A DNA stretch of 50,989 nt from positions 1 to 50,989 of the forward strand of contig CAXZAJ010000002.1 of the NCBI GenBank assembly GCA_964293355.1. The letters run 5' to 3'. A program made the position numbers and the translations under genes. Shown one piece after another: positions 9,255 to 17,843 of the stretch. Under the pieces are notes generated by a model. The model made no database searches. It saw only the letters and a program-made list of their open reading frames with translations, and was not told the origin of the DNA. Position 1 is the first letter of the stretch; every line of letters starts with the position of its first letter. The stretch comes from an uncultured bacterium. GTDB lineage: Bacteria > Spirochaetota > Spirochaetia > Treponematales > UBA12059.

Positions 9255-10253
9255 ATGACCGGGCCCGAGCTACAACCGGAACCTACCGGCATGGTGCTGG
9301 AGATCCAGCGGATGAGCACCATGGACGGGCCCGGCCTCCGCACGACGCTGTTTCTCAAGGGCTGCTCGTTGCGGTGCAAGTGGTGCCACAATCCCGAGAG
9401 CATTGAACATGCGCCGCAGCCGCGGTGGACCCGGGCACGCTGCCTGGGTTGTGGCGCCTGCGTGAGCGTTTGCCCTGCTGGAGCTCTGACCCTGAGCCAG
9501 GAAGGCGTGGCCATAAACCGGTCGCTGTGTACTGCTTGCGGCGCCTGCGCCGCGGCGTGCCCGGCCACCGCCATGGAAATCTGGGGCAATCGCCGCCCCG
9601 TCAGCGAGGTTTTTGCCGAGCTCATCCGCGACGAGCCGTTCTTCGGCAATGACGGGGGCATCACGGTATCGGGCGGCGAGGCCTGCCTCCAGGCTCCGTT
9701 CGTGCGGGAACTGCTCGGGCGACTCCACAAGGCCGGCATCGGCACCGCTCTGGACACCTGCGGCGTCTGCACGCCTGCGCAGTTCGATGCTGCCTGCGAG
9801 TTTGCCGACCTGATACTGTACGACCTCAAGGATTCCGATCCGGTCCGCCACGAACGCAATGTCGGCGGCAGCCTGGCTCTCGTGCATGCAAATTTCAGGC
9901 GGGCCCTCGGCATGGTTGCCGGCGGGGTCAGAGCTCAGGCTGAAAAACATCCAGGAAAGCGCCTGTGGGTGCGCACTCCCATAATCCCTGGCATGACCGA
10001 TTCTCTAGACACGGTCCGGGGCATAGCGAAGTTCCTCGTGTCGGAGGCGATGGGCCGTGTGGAACGTTGGGAGCTCTGCGCCTTCAACAACCTGTGTTCA
10101 GGCAAGTACCGGAGCCTCGGCAGGAGCTGGGAACTGGAAGGTGCGCCGCTCGTGAGCGCCGCCGAGATGGGCGCTCTTGTCGGTGCGGCCGTGGCTGAAG
10201 GCTGGCCGGCCGACAGGATACACTGGACAGGAATGACCCGCCACGAATCCTGA
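9255..10253 (+). CDS. Glycyl-radical-enzyme activating protein (radical SAM with two extra ferredoxin-type 4Fe-4S motifs)
   Basis: CX3CX2C motif GCSLRCKWCHNPES. Ferredoxin motifs CLGCGACVSVCP and CTACGACAAACP. The ATG lies 2 nt after the thiolase stop. Confidence 0.85.
   Translation: MTGPELQPEPTGMVLEIQRMSTMDGPGLRTTLFLKGCSLRCKWCHNPESIEHAPQPRWTRARCLGCGACVSVCPAGALTLSQEGVAINRSLCTACGACAAACPATAMEIWGNRRPVSEVFAELIRDEPFFGNDGGITVSGGEACLQAPFVRELLGRLHKAGIGTALDTCGVCTPAQFDAACEFADLILYDLKDSDPVRHERNVGGSLALVHANFRRALGMVAGGVRAQAEKHPGKRLWVRTPIIPGMTDSLDTVRGIAKFLVSEAMGRVERWELCAFNNLCSGKYRSLGRSWELEGAPLVSAAEMGALVGAAVAEGWPADRIHWTGMTRHES
9924..9935 (+). repeat. Abundant word, perfect copy GGGGTCAGAGCT
   Basis: Inside the activase gene; read as GGVRAQ. 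Confidence 0.95.
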
Positions 10254-10267
10254 ACCGGCCGCCGTCA

Positions 10268-11032
10268 TCAGGCTGTAGTCAGCTTCGCTTCGACTGCGGA
10301 GCCGGTTTTCATGTTGGCTTCGGGTAGTGCCGAGGCGATCATGGCCTCTACCTGCGACGGAACGATCCTTCGTTGTTCTGCATCCAGGCCCGCAGTCCTG
10401 ATTGGCGGGTGAATGACGACGCGGACGTCACCTGATTCTATGCGGTTGTGAGCCTCCCAGACCCGCCAGGAGCCGTTTATGGTGACCGGTACGATCGTGG
10501 CGCCGGAGCGGGTGGCCAGCTTGAAGGCTCCCTTGTGGAACGGCAGCATCGCGGGGCCGCGGCTCCGGGTGCCCTCAGGATAGATGACCAGGGCGTGTCC
10601 CCGCTCGATGCTGCGTATGCCCCGGGCTATCGCTTTCATCCCCTGCTTGGGACTGTTCCGCTTGATGAACGACGACCCGAGAGCCGCTATCCAGATATTC
10701 AGGAATGGAAACCATGCAGCCTGGCTCTTGGCTATGAAGCCGACGGGCCTGGGCAGGTAAGCCAGCATGATGACGATGTCCAGGTCGCCTTGATGATTGC
10801 CGACAAAGCACAGGCGCTCGTCGGCAGGAACGTTTTCCAACCCCGAGATGGTGGTTCTGGCTCCGATGCCCCAGAGTATGGCGCGTGACCACGAGCGGAT
10901 GAGCCAGCCCAGTGCCGGCCGTGCTGCCCTGCCAAGGCCCATGAGGTCCAGAACCATGAACACGAGCGCAAGCGGTGTGGAAAGGGCTGCGCAAGCCCAG
11001 AATACAGAAAAAAAGACAACCGTCTTGAACAT
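10268..11032 (-). CDS. plsC: 1-acyl-sn-glycerol-3-phosphate acyltransferase
   Basis: HX4D motif VGNHQGDLD and EGTRSRG. I prefer ATG 11032 (MFKTVVFFSVFW, preceded by GGGAGG) over the ORF-track start at 11089. Confidence 0.85.
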   Translation of the reverse strand: MFKTVVFFSVFWACAALSTPLALVFMVLDLMGLGRAARPALGWLIRSWSRAILWGIGARTTISGLENVPADERLCFVGNHQGDLDIVIMLAYLPRPVGFIAKSQAAWFPFLNIWIAALGSSFIKRNSPKQGMKAIARGIRSIERGHALVIYPEGTRSRGPAMLPFHKGAFKLATRSGATIVPVTINGSWRVWEAHNRIESGDVRVVIHPPIRTAGLDAEQRRIVPSQVEAMIASALPEANMKTGSAVEAKLTTA

Positions 11033-11126
11033 GGCGGAAAACCTCCCAGGGATCAGCCCCGCTGGGGCTTTCTTACACAATCTTCTCAAATTTCTTGGTC
11101 GATGCCAAGCGGTTTCACCGGAACGA

Positions 11127-11768
11127 TCAGCGTTTGATGATGCCGTTCAGTATTATGGAAAGGCCTGCCTCGAATTGCCTCTGTTCACGGCCGTCATCCG
11201 AAACATAGGCTTTCTCTATAAGCATGCGGTACAGCGAGAAGAGCAGTTCCGCGGCGGCGGCTGGATCAGCGACGGAGAATTCGCCTGCATTGACACCGCT
11301 GATGATGGCCTGCTCGAGCATTCCTGTTGATCGGCGGTTAACCCTATCAAAGGGGTCTTCCTCATGATTGTAACTAGTTGAAGCGGGGAACAACGCTGGA
11401 TCCTGCTTCAGTACTTTTCGCAGGCGGGGTTCCGATGCGAGATACAGGAATGCCGCACGGCAGAGTGCTTCGAAACGTGCCTTTGCCTGACCCGCGCCGT
11501 CCCTGACGGACTCTGCGGCTTTGGCCGCCGCCGTCTGCCAGGCAGTCATGCCATATTCCACGACCTTTATGTACAGGTCCCGTTTGCTCGCGGCATACAG
11601 GTAAATGGTCCCATTGGCGACGCCTGCCCGCCGGGCGATATCCTCAATCCCGGCCTCGCGGTACCCAAGTTCCGCGAACACGTCGAGGGCTGCCTCGAAC
11701 AACAGGATTTCCTTTTTTGCTCTTCTGTCAGTATAAATAATTGATTGATTCATATGTCGATTAGTCAT
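11127..11768 (-). CDS. TetR/AcrR-family transcriptional regulator
   Basis: HTH region EILLFEAALDVFAELGYREAGIEDIARRAGVANGTIYLY. The start is uncertain (ATG 11768 or 11753). The ORF-track start at 11822 is unlikely. Confidence 0.8.
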   Translation of the reverse strand: MTNRHMNQSIIYTDRRAKKEILLFEAALDVFAELGYREAGIEDIARRAGVANGTIYLYAASKRDLYIKVVEYGMTAWQTAAAKAAESVRDGAGQAKARFEALCRAAFLYLASEPRLRKVLKQDPALFPASTSYNHEEDPFDRVNRRSTGMLEQAIISGVNAGEFSVADPAAAAELLFSLYRMLIEKAYVSDDGREQRQFEAGLSIILNGIIKR

Positions 11769-11794
11769 CGTTTTCTGCTGATTGTCAAGCATTA

Positions 11795-11804
11795 ACACCG
11801 GTGT
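11795..11804. promoter_or_regulatory. 10-bp perfect palindrome ACACCGGTGT in the TetR/STAS divergent region; possible operator
   Basis: Self-complementary as read. A second 10-bp palindrome, AACATATGTT (11838-11847), overlaps the STAS start codon. Confidence 0.25.
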
Positions 11805-11842
11805 CCGCTGGATTGCCTCCACCGAATGTGTATACTTAACAT

Positions 11843-12235
11843 ATGTTGCAAAAGTCAGTTCAGGATGGCGGATATTTTGAGCAGTATCACGCCCGCCATC
11901 CCGACGCCTCAGCCAGCCTCGTGTTGCCTTCCGCTGAGGGGTTCCCGGCCGGAATCGTCGTTTCAGGAGTCCTGGACAGCGAGACCGCTCCTGATTTTTT
12001 TGAGGAGGCGGTTTCAGCCATCTCCGGACTGCCTGCTGGATCCGAACTCGAGTTACGGCTCGAGGGGGTGCGCTTCATTTCATCAACCGGAGTCGGGGCC
12101 CTGACGAGGCTACTTGCCGCTGCGCAGGCTCAGGGCATAACCATGCGAATTTCAGGCGTATCACCTGCCTGCGAAGATGTGTTTTCCGTGCTGGGGCTGC
12201 TCCGGTATTTCAACATACCCGGAGTGGAATCCTAG
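11843..12235 (+). CDS. STAS-domain protein (anti-sigma-factor-antagonist-like)
   Basis: 130 aa. LRLEGVRFISSTGVGALTRLL is the typical STAS phospho-Ser/Thr loop region. Confidence 0.7.
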   Translation: MLQKSVQDGGYFEQYHARHPDASASLVLPSAEGFPAGIVVSGVLDSETAPDFFEEAVSAISGLPAGSELELRLEGVRFISSTGVGALTRLLAAAQAQGITMRISGVSPACEDVFSVLGLLRYFNIPGVES

Positions 12236-12241
12236 GGTTCG

Positions 12242-13342
12242 TCAGTCGGCGCTTGCCGGGAGCACCCGGACGCGTTCCTCGTTGAACGACACCGATACCC
12301 GCTCGCCTTCCGCCGCTACGCGCTTGCCCGCCGGGTCGTCTATCTGCACGAGCAACTCCCCGTATTCGGTTGTCACGAACGACTCGATGCTCGAACCGAG
12401 GTACACGTTCTGCCTGACCGTGCCGTCGACGATGCCTTCGTCGGGGTGGCCGAGCCTGAGCGACTCCGGCCTCGCCATGAGCACCGCTGGCTTGCCGACA
12501 GCCACGTCCGGTGCGCGCGAGCCCGCCCTGACGCTCTTGCCGCGGATGGTACAGGCGCAGGAGCCATTGTCGATACCCACGACCTCCACCGGAAAGAACG
12601 CTACCTTGCCTACAAAGCCGGCTACGAACACGGAGTCCGGCTGTTCGTAGATGACGCTCGGCGAGCCGATCTGGCGGATGCGGCCGTCCTTCATCACGAT
12701 GACGCGGTCCGAGAGGCTCATCGCCTCCACGCGATCGTGCGTCACGTAGACCGCCGTGATCCCGAGGGACTTCTGGATGCGCCTGATTTCCACGCGCATC
12801 TGTTCGCGCAGGAGGGCGTCCAGGTTGGACAGCGGCTCGTCCAGGAGCAGCACGCCCGGTTCCACGACGAGGCAGCGTGACAGGGCGACGCGCTGCTGCT
12901 GGCCGCCGGAGAGCCGGCCCGGGGAGCGCTCCGCATAGTCGCCAAGGCCCGTCAGGGCCAGGGCACGCTTGACCCGCTCGTCGATCTCTGCCTTGGGCAC
13001 CTTGCGGATGCGCAGCCCGTAGGCGACGTTTTCCGCGACGTTCATGTGCGGAAAGAGGCCGTAACTCTGGAACACTGTCGCCGTGTCGCGTTTGTTGGGC
13101 GGCAGGGAACTGACGTCCTCACCGCCGATGCGGATGGCACCTTTTGACGGCAGGTCGAAGCCCGCGATCATCCTGAGCGTCGTCGTCTTGCCGCAGCCCG
13201 AGGGGCCGAGCAGGGTGACGAGCTCGCCTGGGTTGACGACGAAGCTGGCGTCATCGACGGCCACGACGTCTTTGCGGCCCTTTACGTTCTTGTATATCCT
13301 CGTTACGTGGTCGATCGTGACCGCTACCGGTTCTTTAGCCAT
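12242..13342 (-). CDS. ABC importer ATPase (Fe3+/polyamine/thiamine type, with C-terminal TOBE-like domain)
   Basis: Walker A GPSGCGKTT, signature LSGGQQQRV, Walker B LLLDEP. 366 aa. Confidence 0.9.
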   Translation of the reverse strand: MAKEPVAVTIDHVTRIYKNVKGRKDVVAVDDASFVVNPGELVTLLGPSGCGKTTTLRMIAGFDLPSKGAIRIGGEDVSSLPPNKRDTATVFQSYGLFPHMNVAENVAYGLRIRKVPKAEIDERVKRALALTGLGDYAERSPGRLSGGQQQRVALSRCLVVEPGVLLLDEPLSNLDALLREQMRVEIRRIQKSLGITAVYVTHDRVEAMSLSDRVIVMKDGRIRQIGSPSVIYEQPDSVFVAGFVGKVAFFPVEVVGIDNGSCACTIRGKSVRAGSRAPDVAVGKPAVLMARPESLRLGHPDEGIVDGTVRQNVYLGSSIESFVTTEYGELLVQIDDPAGKRVAAEGERVSVSFNEERVRVLPASAD

Positions 13343-13354
13343 GGTTCGCTCCGC

Positions 13355-15556
13355 CTATCGGGTTATCGTCTTGTCGAAGGCTCCCGTGTCACGCACGAGG
13401 AGCCGCATGAGGCCGAACGCGGCCATCACCATCAGAATCAGGGTCGTCGCGAGCACGCTCGCCAGCCCGAATCGCAGGTTTTCAGAGAAATTGTAGATGA
13501 GCACCGTCATGTGGTACCAGCGCGCGGAGATCAGGAATATGACCGCGCTGACCGCCGTCATCGACCGCACGAAGGTGTAGGACATGCTGGAGATGAACGC
13601 GGGCCTGACCAGCGGCAGCACGATGCTCCTGAACACCATGCCCTCGTCAGCACCCAGGTCACGCGCTGCTTCTTCTATGGAAGGATCGATCTGTCTGAGC
13701 GATGCGACGCCGCCCTCTATGCCGACCGGCAGTTCGCGCACGATGTAGTTGATGACGATGATCGCGCCGGTGCCCACGAGGAGGAACGGTGCCTTGTTGA
13801 AGGCCAGGATGTATGCGATGCCGAGCAGGGTACCGGGCACCGCGAACGGCATCATCATCACCGCTTCCAGCACGCGCTTGCCCACGAAGGTCTTGCGCAC
13901 GAATATCATCGCGGAAGCCATGGCGATGAGGCCGGCTACCGGCGTGGCCATCGCGGCGAGCGAGAGCGTCGAGCGTATCGCGTCCTTGCCCCGCGAGAGA
14001 GCCTCTCCGATGTTTGACAGGGTAAAGCTGTAATCGATGCCCCAGTTCTTGACGAAGCAGCCCGCGACGATGGTGCCGTAGAGGGCTATGACGAAGGCGA
14101 CGATGGCCCAGACGCCAGCCGTCATGGCGACCCGGACGCCCGGTGAGGCTATCTCCACGAGCTTGAGGTTGGGCTTGCCGGTGACCGTGACGAAGGAACG
14201 CTTGGACACCCAGTTGCGCTGGATGAAGAAGGCCGTCAGCGTTGGTAAAAGCAGCAGCAGGGACAGAGCCGCGCCGCCGCCAAGATCGTTGCGGCCGGTC
14301 ACCTGTATGTATGCCTCCACCGACAGCACGCGGTAGTTGCCCGCGAGGAGCAGCGGGTTGGCAAAGTCCGCCAGCGAGTTGGTGAACACGAGGAGCCAGG
14401 CAGACAGTAGGCCCGGCACCGCCAACGGCAGCGTCACCGAGCGGAAGACCTGCCACCGGCCGGCGTTCAGATCAAGCGCCGCTTCCTCGAGCGTCGCGTC
14501 CAGCCCCTGCAGGACGCCTGCGAGCGTCAGGTACGCAATGGGGAACATGCCGATCGTCTGCACCAGGATGAGGCCGCCGAGGCCATATATGGAAAAGTTC
14601 TGGAGGCCGAGCAGCTGCTTGGTTATGAGGCCGTTGTTGCCCGCCAAGAGCAGTATAGACAGGGTCAGCGAGAAGGGAGGCGATATGACAGGCATCTGCG
14701 CCACAGCGGACAGGAATTTCTTGCCTCGCGCGCTGGTCCGGTGTATGACGAACGCGAACAGGAAGCCCACGATTGTGGATGTCGTGGCGGTCCAGATGCC
14801 CAGACGTATGGAACCCCAGAGCGACTGCAGGTGCGAGCCTGAAAGCGCGTCGATCCAGATGGCCAGGGACAGCTTGTCGTCCACCATGAACGACAGCCTG
14901 AAAGCCTCCGCGAGCGGGAATACGATGAAGACGATGGCAAGAGCCGCGAGTACCAGCACCGAATACCCGACTATGGAGTCGCGGGCAAATCGGGTTACGC
15001 CTGAAAGCGCGGCAAACAGCACGAAGGCTCCCAGTGCAAAGATTATCAATAGCCGTTCCAGCCCGGATCCGGCTGTTTCAGGAGCCATGAACACGGCGAT
15101 GCCGAGCAGTTCTCCCTGCGCTTCATCGGTAATCGGTGCGTAAAAGAGGCGCACCTCGGTATCAGCAAGCATCGCCTTGACCGGCGATGCGTAATTCTCG
15201 AAGTAATAGGCCGATTCAAGGCCTTTTTTTGCGTCTTCAGTGGATACAAGCTCGTTCCACAACTCGAGCACGGCATCGTCAGAGGTGAAGATCTCGTAGG
15301 AATCCGGGTCATCCATCGAGGGCACGAGGTAGACGGCAGCTCCGCCGGGCAGTGAATTTTCTACTGTTGCGAGCCAGTCGTCGCGGAGCGATGGATCTTC
15401 AGGCGCGCTTTTGGCGAGCAGGGCAAGCGCGTTCTGGCGGACTGCCGCGGCATTCGTCCGGATCGAGGTACGCAGGGTGGTGAAGACCCAGGCGTCCACT
15501 GCTGCGAACACGGCAAGAGCCAGAAGGAATTTGAACAGTTTATCCTTGGTGAACAC
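13355..15556 (-). CDS. Fused double-permease of an AfuB/FbpB/ThiP-type ABC importer, with an extra N-terminal extracytoplasmic domain of about 190 aa
   Basis: 733 aa, GTG start with GGAG. Two MetI-like TM modules. The N-terminus has a TM helix, a soluble region of about 150 aa, then another TM helix. Confidence 0.85.
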   Translation of the reverse strand: MFTKDKLFKFLLALAVFAAVDAWVFTTLRTSIRTNAAAVRQNALALLAKSAPEDPSLRDDWLATVENSLPGGAAVYLVPSMDDPDSYEIFTSDDAVLELWNELVSTEDAKKGLESAYYFENYASPVKAMLADTEVRLFYAPITDEAQGELLGIAVFMAPETAGSGLERLLIIFALGAFVLFAALSGVTRFARDSIVGYSVLVLAALAIVFIVFPLAEAFRLSFMVDDKLSLAIWIDALSGSHLQSLWGSIRLGIWTATTSTIVGFLFAFVIHRTSARGKKFLSAVAQMPVISPPFSLTLSILLLAGNNGLITKQLLGLQNFSIYGLGGLILVQTIGMFPIAYLTLAGVLQGLDATLEEAALDLNAGRWQVFRSVTLPLAVPGLLSAWLLVFTNSLADFANPLLLAGNYRVLSVEAYIQVTGRNDLGGGAALSLLLLLPTLTAFFIQRNWVSKRSFVTVTGKPNLKLVEIASPGVRVAMTAGVWAIVAFVIALYGTIVAGCFVKNWGIDYSFTLSNIGEALSRGKDAIRSTLSLAAMATPVAGLIAMASAMIFVRKTFVGKRVLEAVMMMPFAVPGTLLGIAYILAFNKAPFLLVGTGAIIVINYIVRELPVGIEGGVASLRQIDPSIEEAARDLGADEGMVFRSIVLPLVRPAFISSMSYTFVRSMTAVSAVIFLISARWYHMTVLIYNFSENLRFGLASVLATTLILMVMAAFGLMRLLVRDTGAFDKTITR

Positions 15557-15620
15557 GGAGGGCTCCGATGGCGGAACGGAATGGGGCCGACCCTGAGGCC
15601 GGCCCTGTATTGCGGGAGAT

Positions 15621-16625
15621 TTATCGCTTGGAACCTATTTCCGCATCCCAGCGCTTGAGCAGCCTGTCACGGTTGACAGGATCGCCGTCCCACAGGAAGT
15701 CCTGCTTGACGGTCTTGATTTCCTTGAGGGAGAGAGCGTCCGGGTGCTTGGGAGAACCAGGAGCCACGAGCACGAGATAGTATTTGACGAATTCGGCCTG
15801 GGCAGCCGGGCTGGAAAGGATCCAGTCGTACAGCTTCTTTGCATTGACCGCGTCCTTGCCACCAGCTACGAGGGACATCGAAGCAAGTTCGTAGCCAGTG
15901 CCTTCGGTCGGTGCGGTAATGACGACGGGTGCGCCACCGGCCTTGAGCTTTACCTGGTCGTGCGCATAACCGATCGCTATCGGGATCTCTCCGATGGCGA
16001 CGCTCTTGCCGGGAGCCGAGCCGGACTTGGTGTACTGGTCGATGTTGGCGTCGAGTTTCTTGAGGTAATCGTAGACCTTCTGCTCGTCGCCATTGTAGAT
16101 ATAGCGCAGCGTGGTGATCACGTTGTAGGCGGTGCCCGACGTGTTCGGATTGGCTACGCGGATCATGCCCTTGTACTCTGGCTTTAGCAGGTCTGCCCAG
16201 CTGGTCGGCGGCTTGATGCCGAGTTCCGCGGCGCGCTTGGTGTTGGTCACGAACGTAAGCGGCCCGACGTACATGCCCACCCAGTAGTTGTCCTTGTCCT
16301 TGAACTCGGCGGGCGTCTCGCTGGCGGCCCTGGACTTGTAGGGGGTGGTAAGGCCCTTGGCCTTGGCGGTGATGTGGTCGAGGCCTACGGCACCGACCCA
16401 GATCGAAGCCTGGGGGTTGGCTTTTTCAGCCTCAAGCCTGGCTACGACTTCGCCGCCGGACAGGCGTACGAAGTTAACCTTGATGCCTCGCTCTGCTTCG
16501 AACTTGTCGAACAGCGCCTTGGCCAGCGGCTCTTCAAGGGTTGTGTAAGCGCTTACCGTCTGCTGTGCGACAGCGAACGACGCTGCGAGAGCGACGAGCG
16601 CAAGTACCAATACTGAACGCTTCAT
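15621..16625 (-). CDS. Periplasmic substrate-binding protein (AfuA/FbpA iron(III)-type family)
   Basis: I prefer ATG 16625 (MKRSVLVLALVALAASFAVAQQ signal peptide, RBS GGAGGAAAC). First gene of the SBP-permease-ATPase operon. Confidence 0.85.
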   Translation of the reverse strand: MKRSVLVLALVALAASFAVAQQTVSAYTTLEEPLAKALFDKFEAERGIKVNFVRLSGGEVVARLEAEKANPQASIWVGAVGLDHITAKAKGLTTPYKSRAASETPAEFKDKDNYWVGMYVGPLTFVTNTKRAAELGIKPPTSWADLLKPEYKGMIRVANPNTSGTAYNVITTLRYIYNGDEQKVYDYLKKLDANIDQYTKSGSAPGKSVAIGEIPIAIGYAHDQVKLKAGGAPVVITAPTEGTGYELASMSLVAGGKDAVNAKKLYDWILSSPAAQAEFVKYYLVLVAPGSPKHPDALSLKEIKTVKQDFLWDGDPVNRDRLLKRWDAEIGSKR

Positions 16626-16796
16626 GTTTCCTCCGTGCGCGGGGACTATCCGTCCTCGCGAATATATCGGATAGTTTAACGGCATTTCTGCGATTCGCGC
16701 AAATGCAATAGTGTTTCATTTAGCGATATATGTTCCGTTTTTCCGGGCTTGCCGGACTGTCTTGGAAGAATCAAGCCTATGCGGGCTGGAGAAAAG

Positions 16797-17843
16797 ATGA
16801 AGAAGATTTTACTGCTTTCAACGGGCGGGACGATAGCCGCGGTTCATGGCGACGACGGACTGGTTCCCGGTCTCGATGCGAAGCAACTGATAGCCCTCGT
16901 GCCTGAATTGGCTGGCATCTGCGAAGTCGAATGCCGGTCCATCCTGAATCTGGACAGCACCAACATGCACCCGGAAGACTGGAAGTTCATTGCCACCAGC
17001 GTCAGGGACGAGCTGGACGCCCACGACGGCATCGTCGTTTCCCATGGAACCGACACCATGGCGTTTACCAGCTCGATGCTGTCGTTCATGCTGGCGCATG
17101 TGGACAAGCCCATCGTGCTGACTGGATCCCAGATTCCGCTCGTGGAGCCTGGGAGCGATGGCCGGCGCAACATCCTCGACGCGTTCGCCGTAGCGGCCTC
17201 AGGACGCCCCGGGGTGTTCGTCGTCTTCAGCGGAAAAATCATCAGGGGCTGCCGCGCCGTCAAGGTGCACAGTGCCAGGCTCGACGCCTTCTCCAGCGTC
17301 AACCAGAGTGAGGCCGGTCGGGTGGAAGGAATGAAGGTGACCTGGAACAAGCCCTTTGAACCGGACCGGGCACCGCGACAGCTTGATATCAGCATGGATG
17401 AACGAGTGTTCCTCCTCAAGCTGGTGCCTGGCGCCGATGCCGGCATCATCGACTTCATCCGCGAGAAGGGCTACAAGGGGCTGGTGATAGAGGGCTTCGG
17501 AGCGGGCGGCGTACCCAATTCCAGGCTTGATCTCCTCGATGCCATCAGGCGGGCCGTCGATGCGGGTATCACGGTCTGCATAACTACCCAGTGCCTCTAT
17601 GACGGCTGTGACATCGGCATCTACGATGTCGGCGTGGCCGCGGGCAAGGCCGGCGCAGTTTCAGCCTTTGACATGACGCCGGAGGCGGTGGTCACCAAGC
17701 TGATGTGGGTGCTTGGCCACACGCACGACCAGGCCGAGGTCCAGCGGATGATGCTGGAGAACCGTTGCGGTGAGATTGATCCAGGTTACCGCACGCGCCT
17801 GTCCGCCCTCGTGCGAGAAATTCCGCCCGGGGTCAGAGCTTGA
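16797..17843 (+). CDS. ansA: L-asparaginase, type I (cytoplasmic)
   Basis: MKKILLLSTGGTIAA (TGGTI motif), HGTDTMAFTSSMLSFML, VLTGSQIPL. The last four codons plus stop (GVRA*) are supplied by a copy of the abundant word. Confidence 0.85.
   Translation: MKKILLLSTGGTIAAVHGDDGLVPGLDAKQLIALVPELAGICEVECRSILNLDSTNMHPEDWKFIATSVRDELDAHDGIVVSHGTDTMAFTSSMLSFMLAHVDKPIVLTGSQIPLVEPGSDGRRNILDAFAVAASGRPGVFVVFSGKIIRGCRAVKVHSARLDAFSSVNQSEAGRVEGMKVTWNKPFEPDRAPRQLDISMDERVFLLKLVPGADAGIIDFIREKGYKGLVIEGFGAGGVPNSRLDLLDAIRRAVDAGITVCITTQCLYDGCDIGIYDVGVAAGKAGAVSAFDMTPEAVVTKLMWVLGHTHDQAEVQRMMLENRCGEIDPGYRTRLSALVREIPPGVRA

Noticed and set aside
11055-11069. GC-rich hairpin AGCCCC-gct-GGGGCT followed by TTCTT on the + strand, between plsC and the TetR gene.
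   Set aside because: The U-tract is on the + strand, where there is no upstream gene to terminate. On the - strand, downstream of the TetR gene, no U-tract follows. Its function is unclear.
16701-16721. Possible Fur box AAATGCAATAGTGTTTCATTT upstream of the iron-type ABC operon.
   Set aside because: It has an AAATG/CATTT dyad and shares ATAGTG with the local fur box. It needs an indel to align and matches the 19-bp consensus poorly, so it is too weak to call without a position-weight-matrix score.
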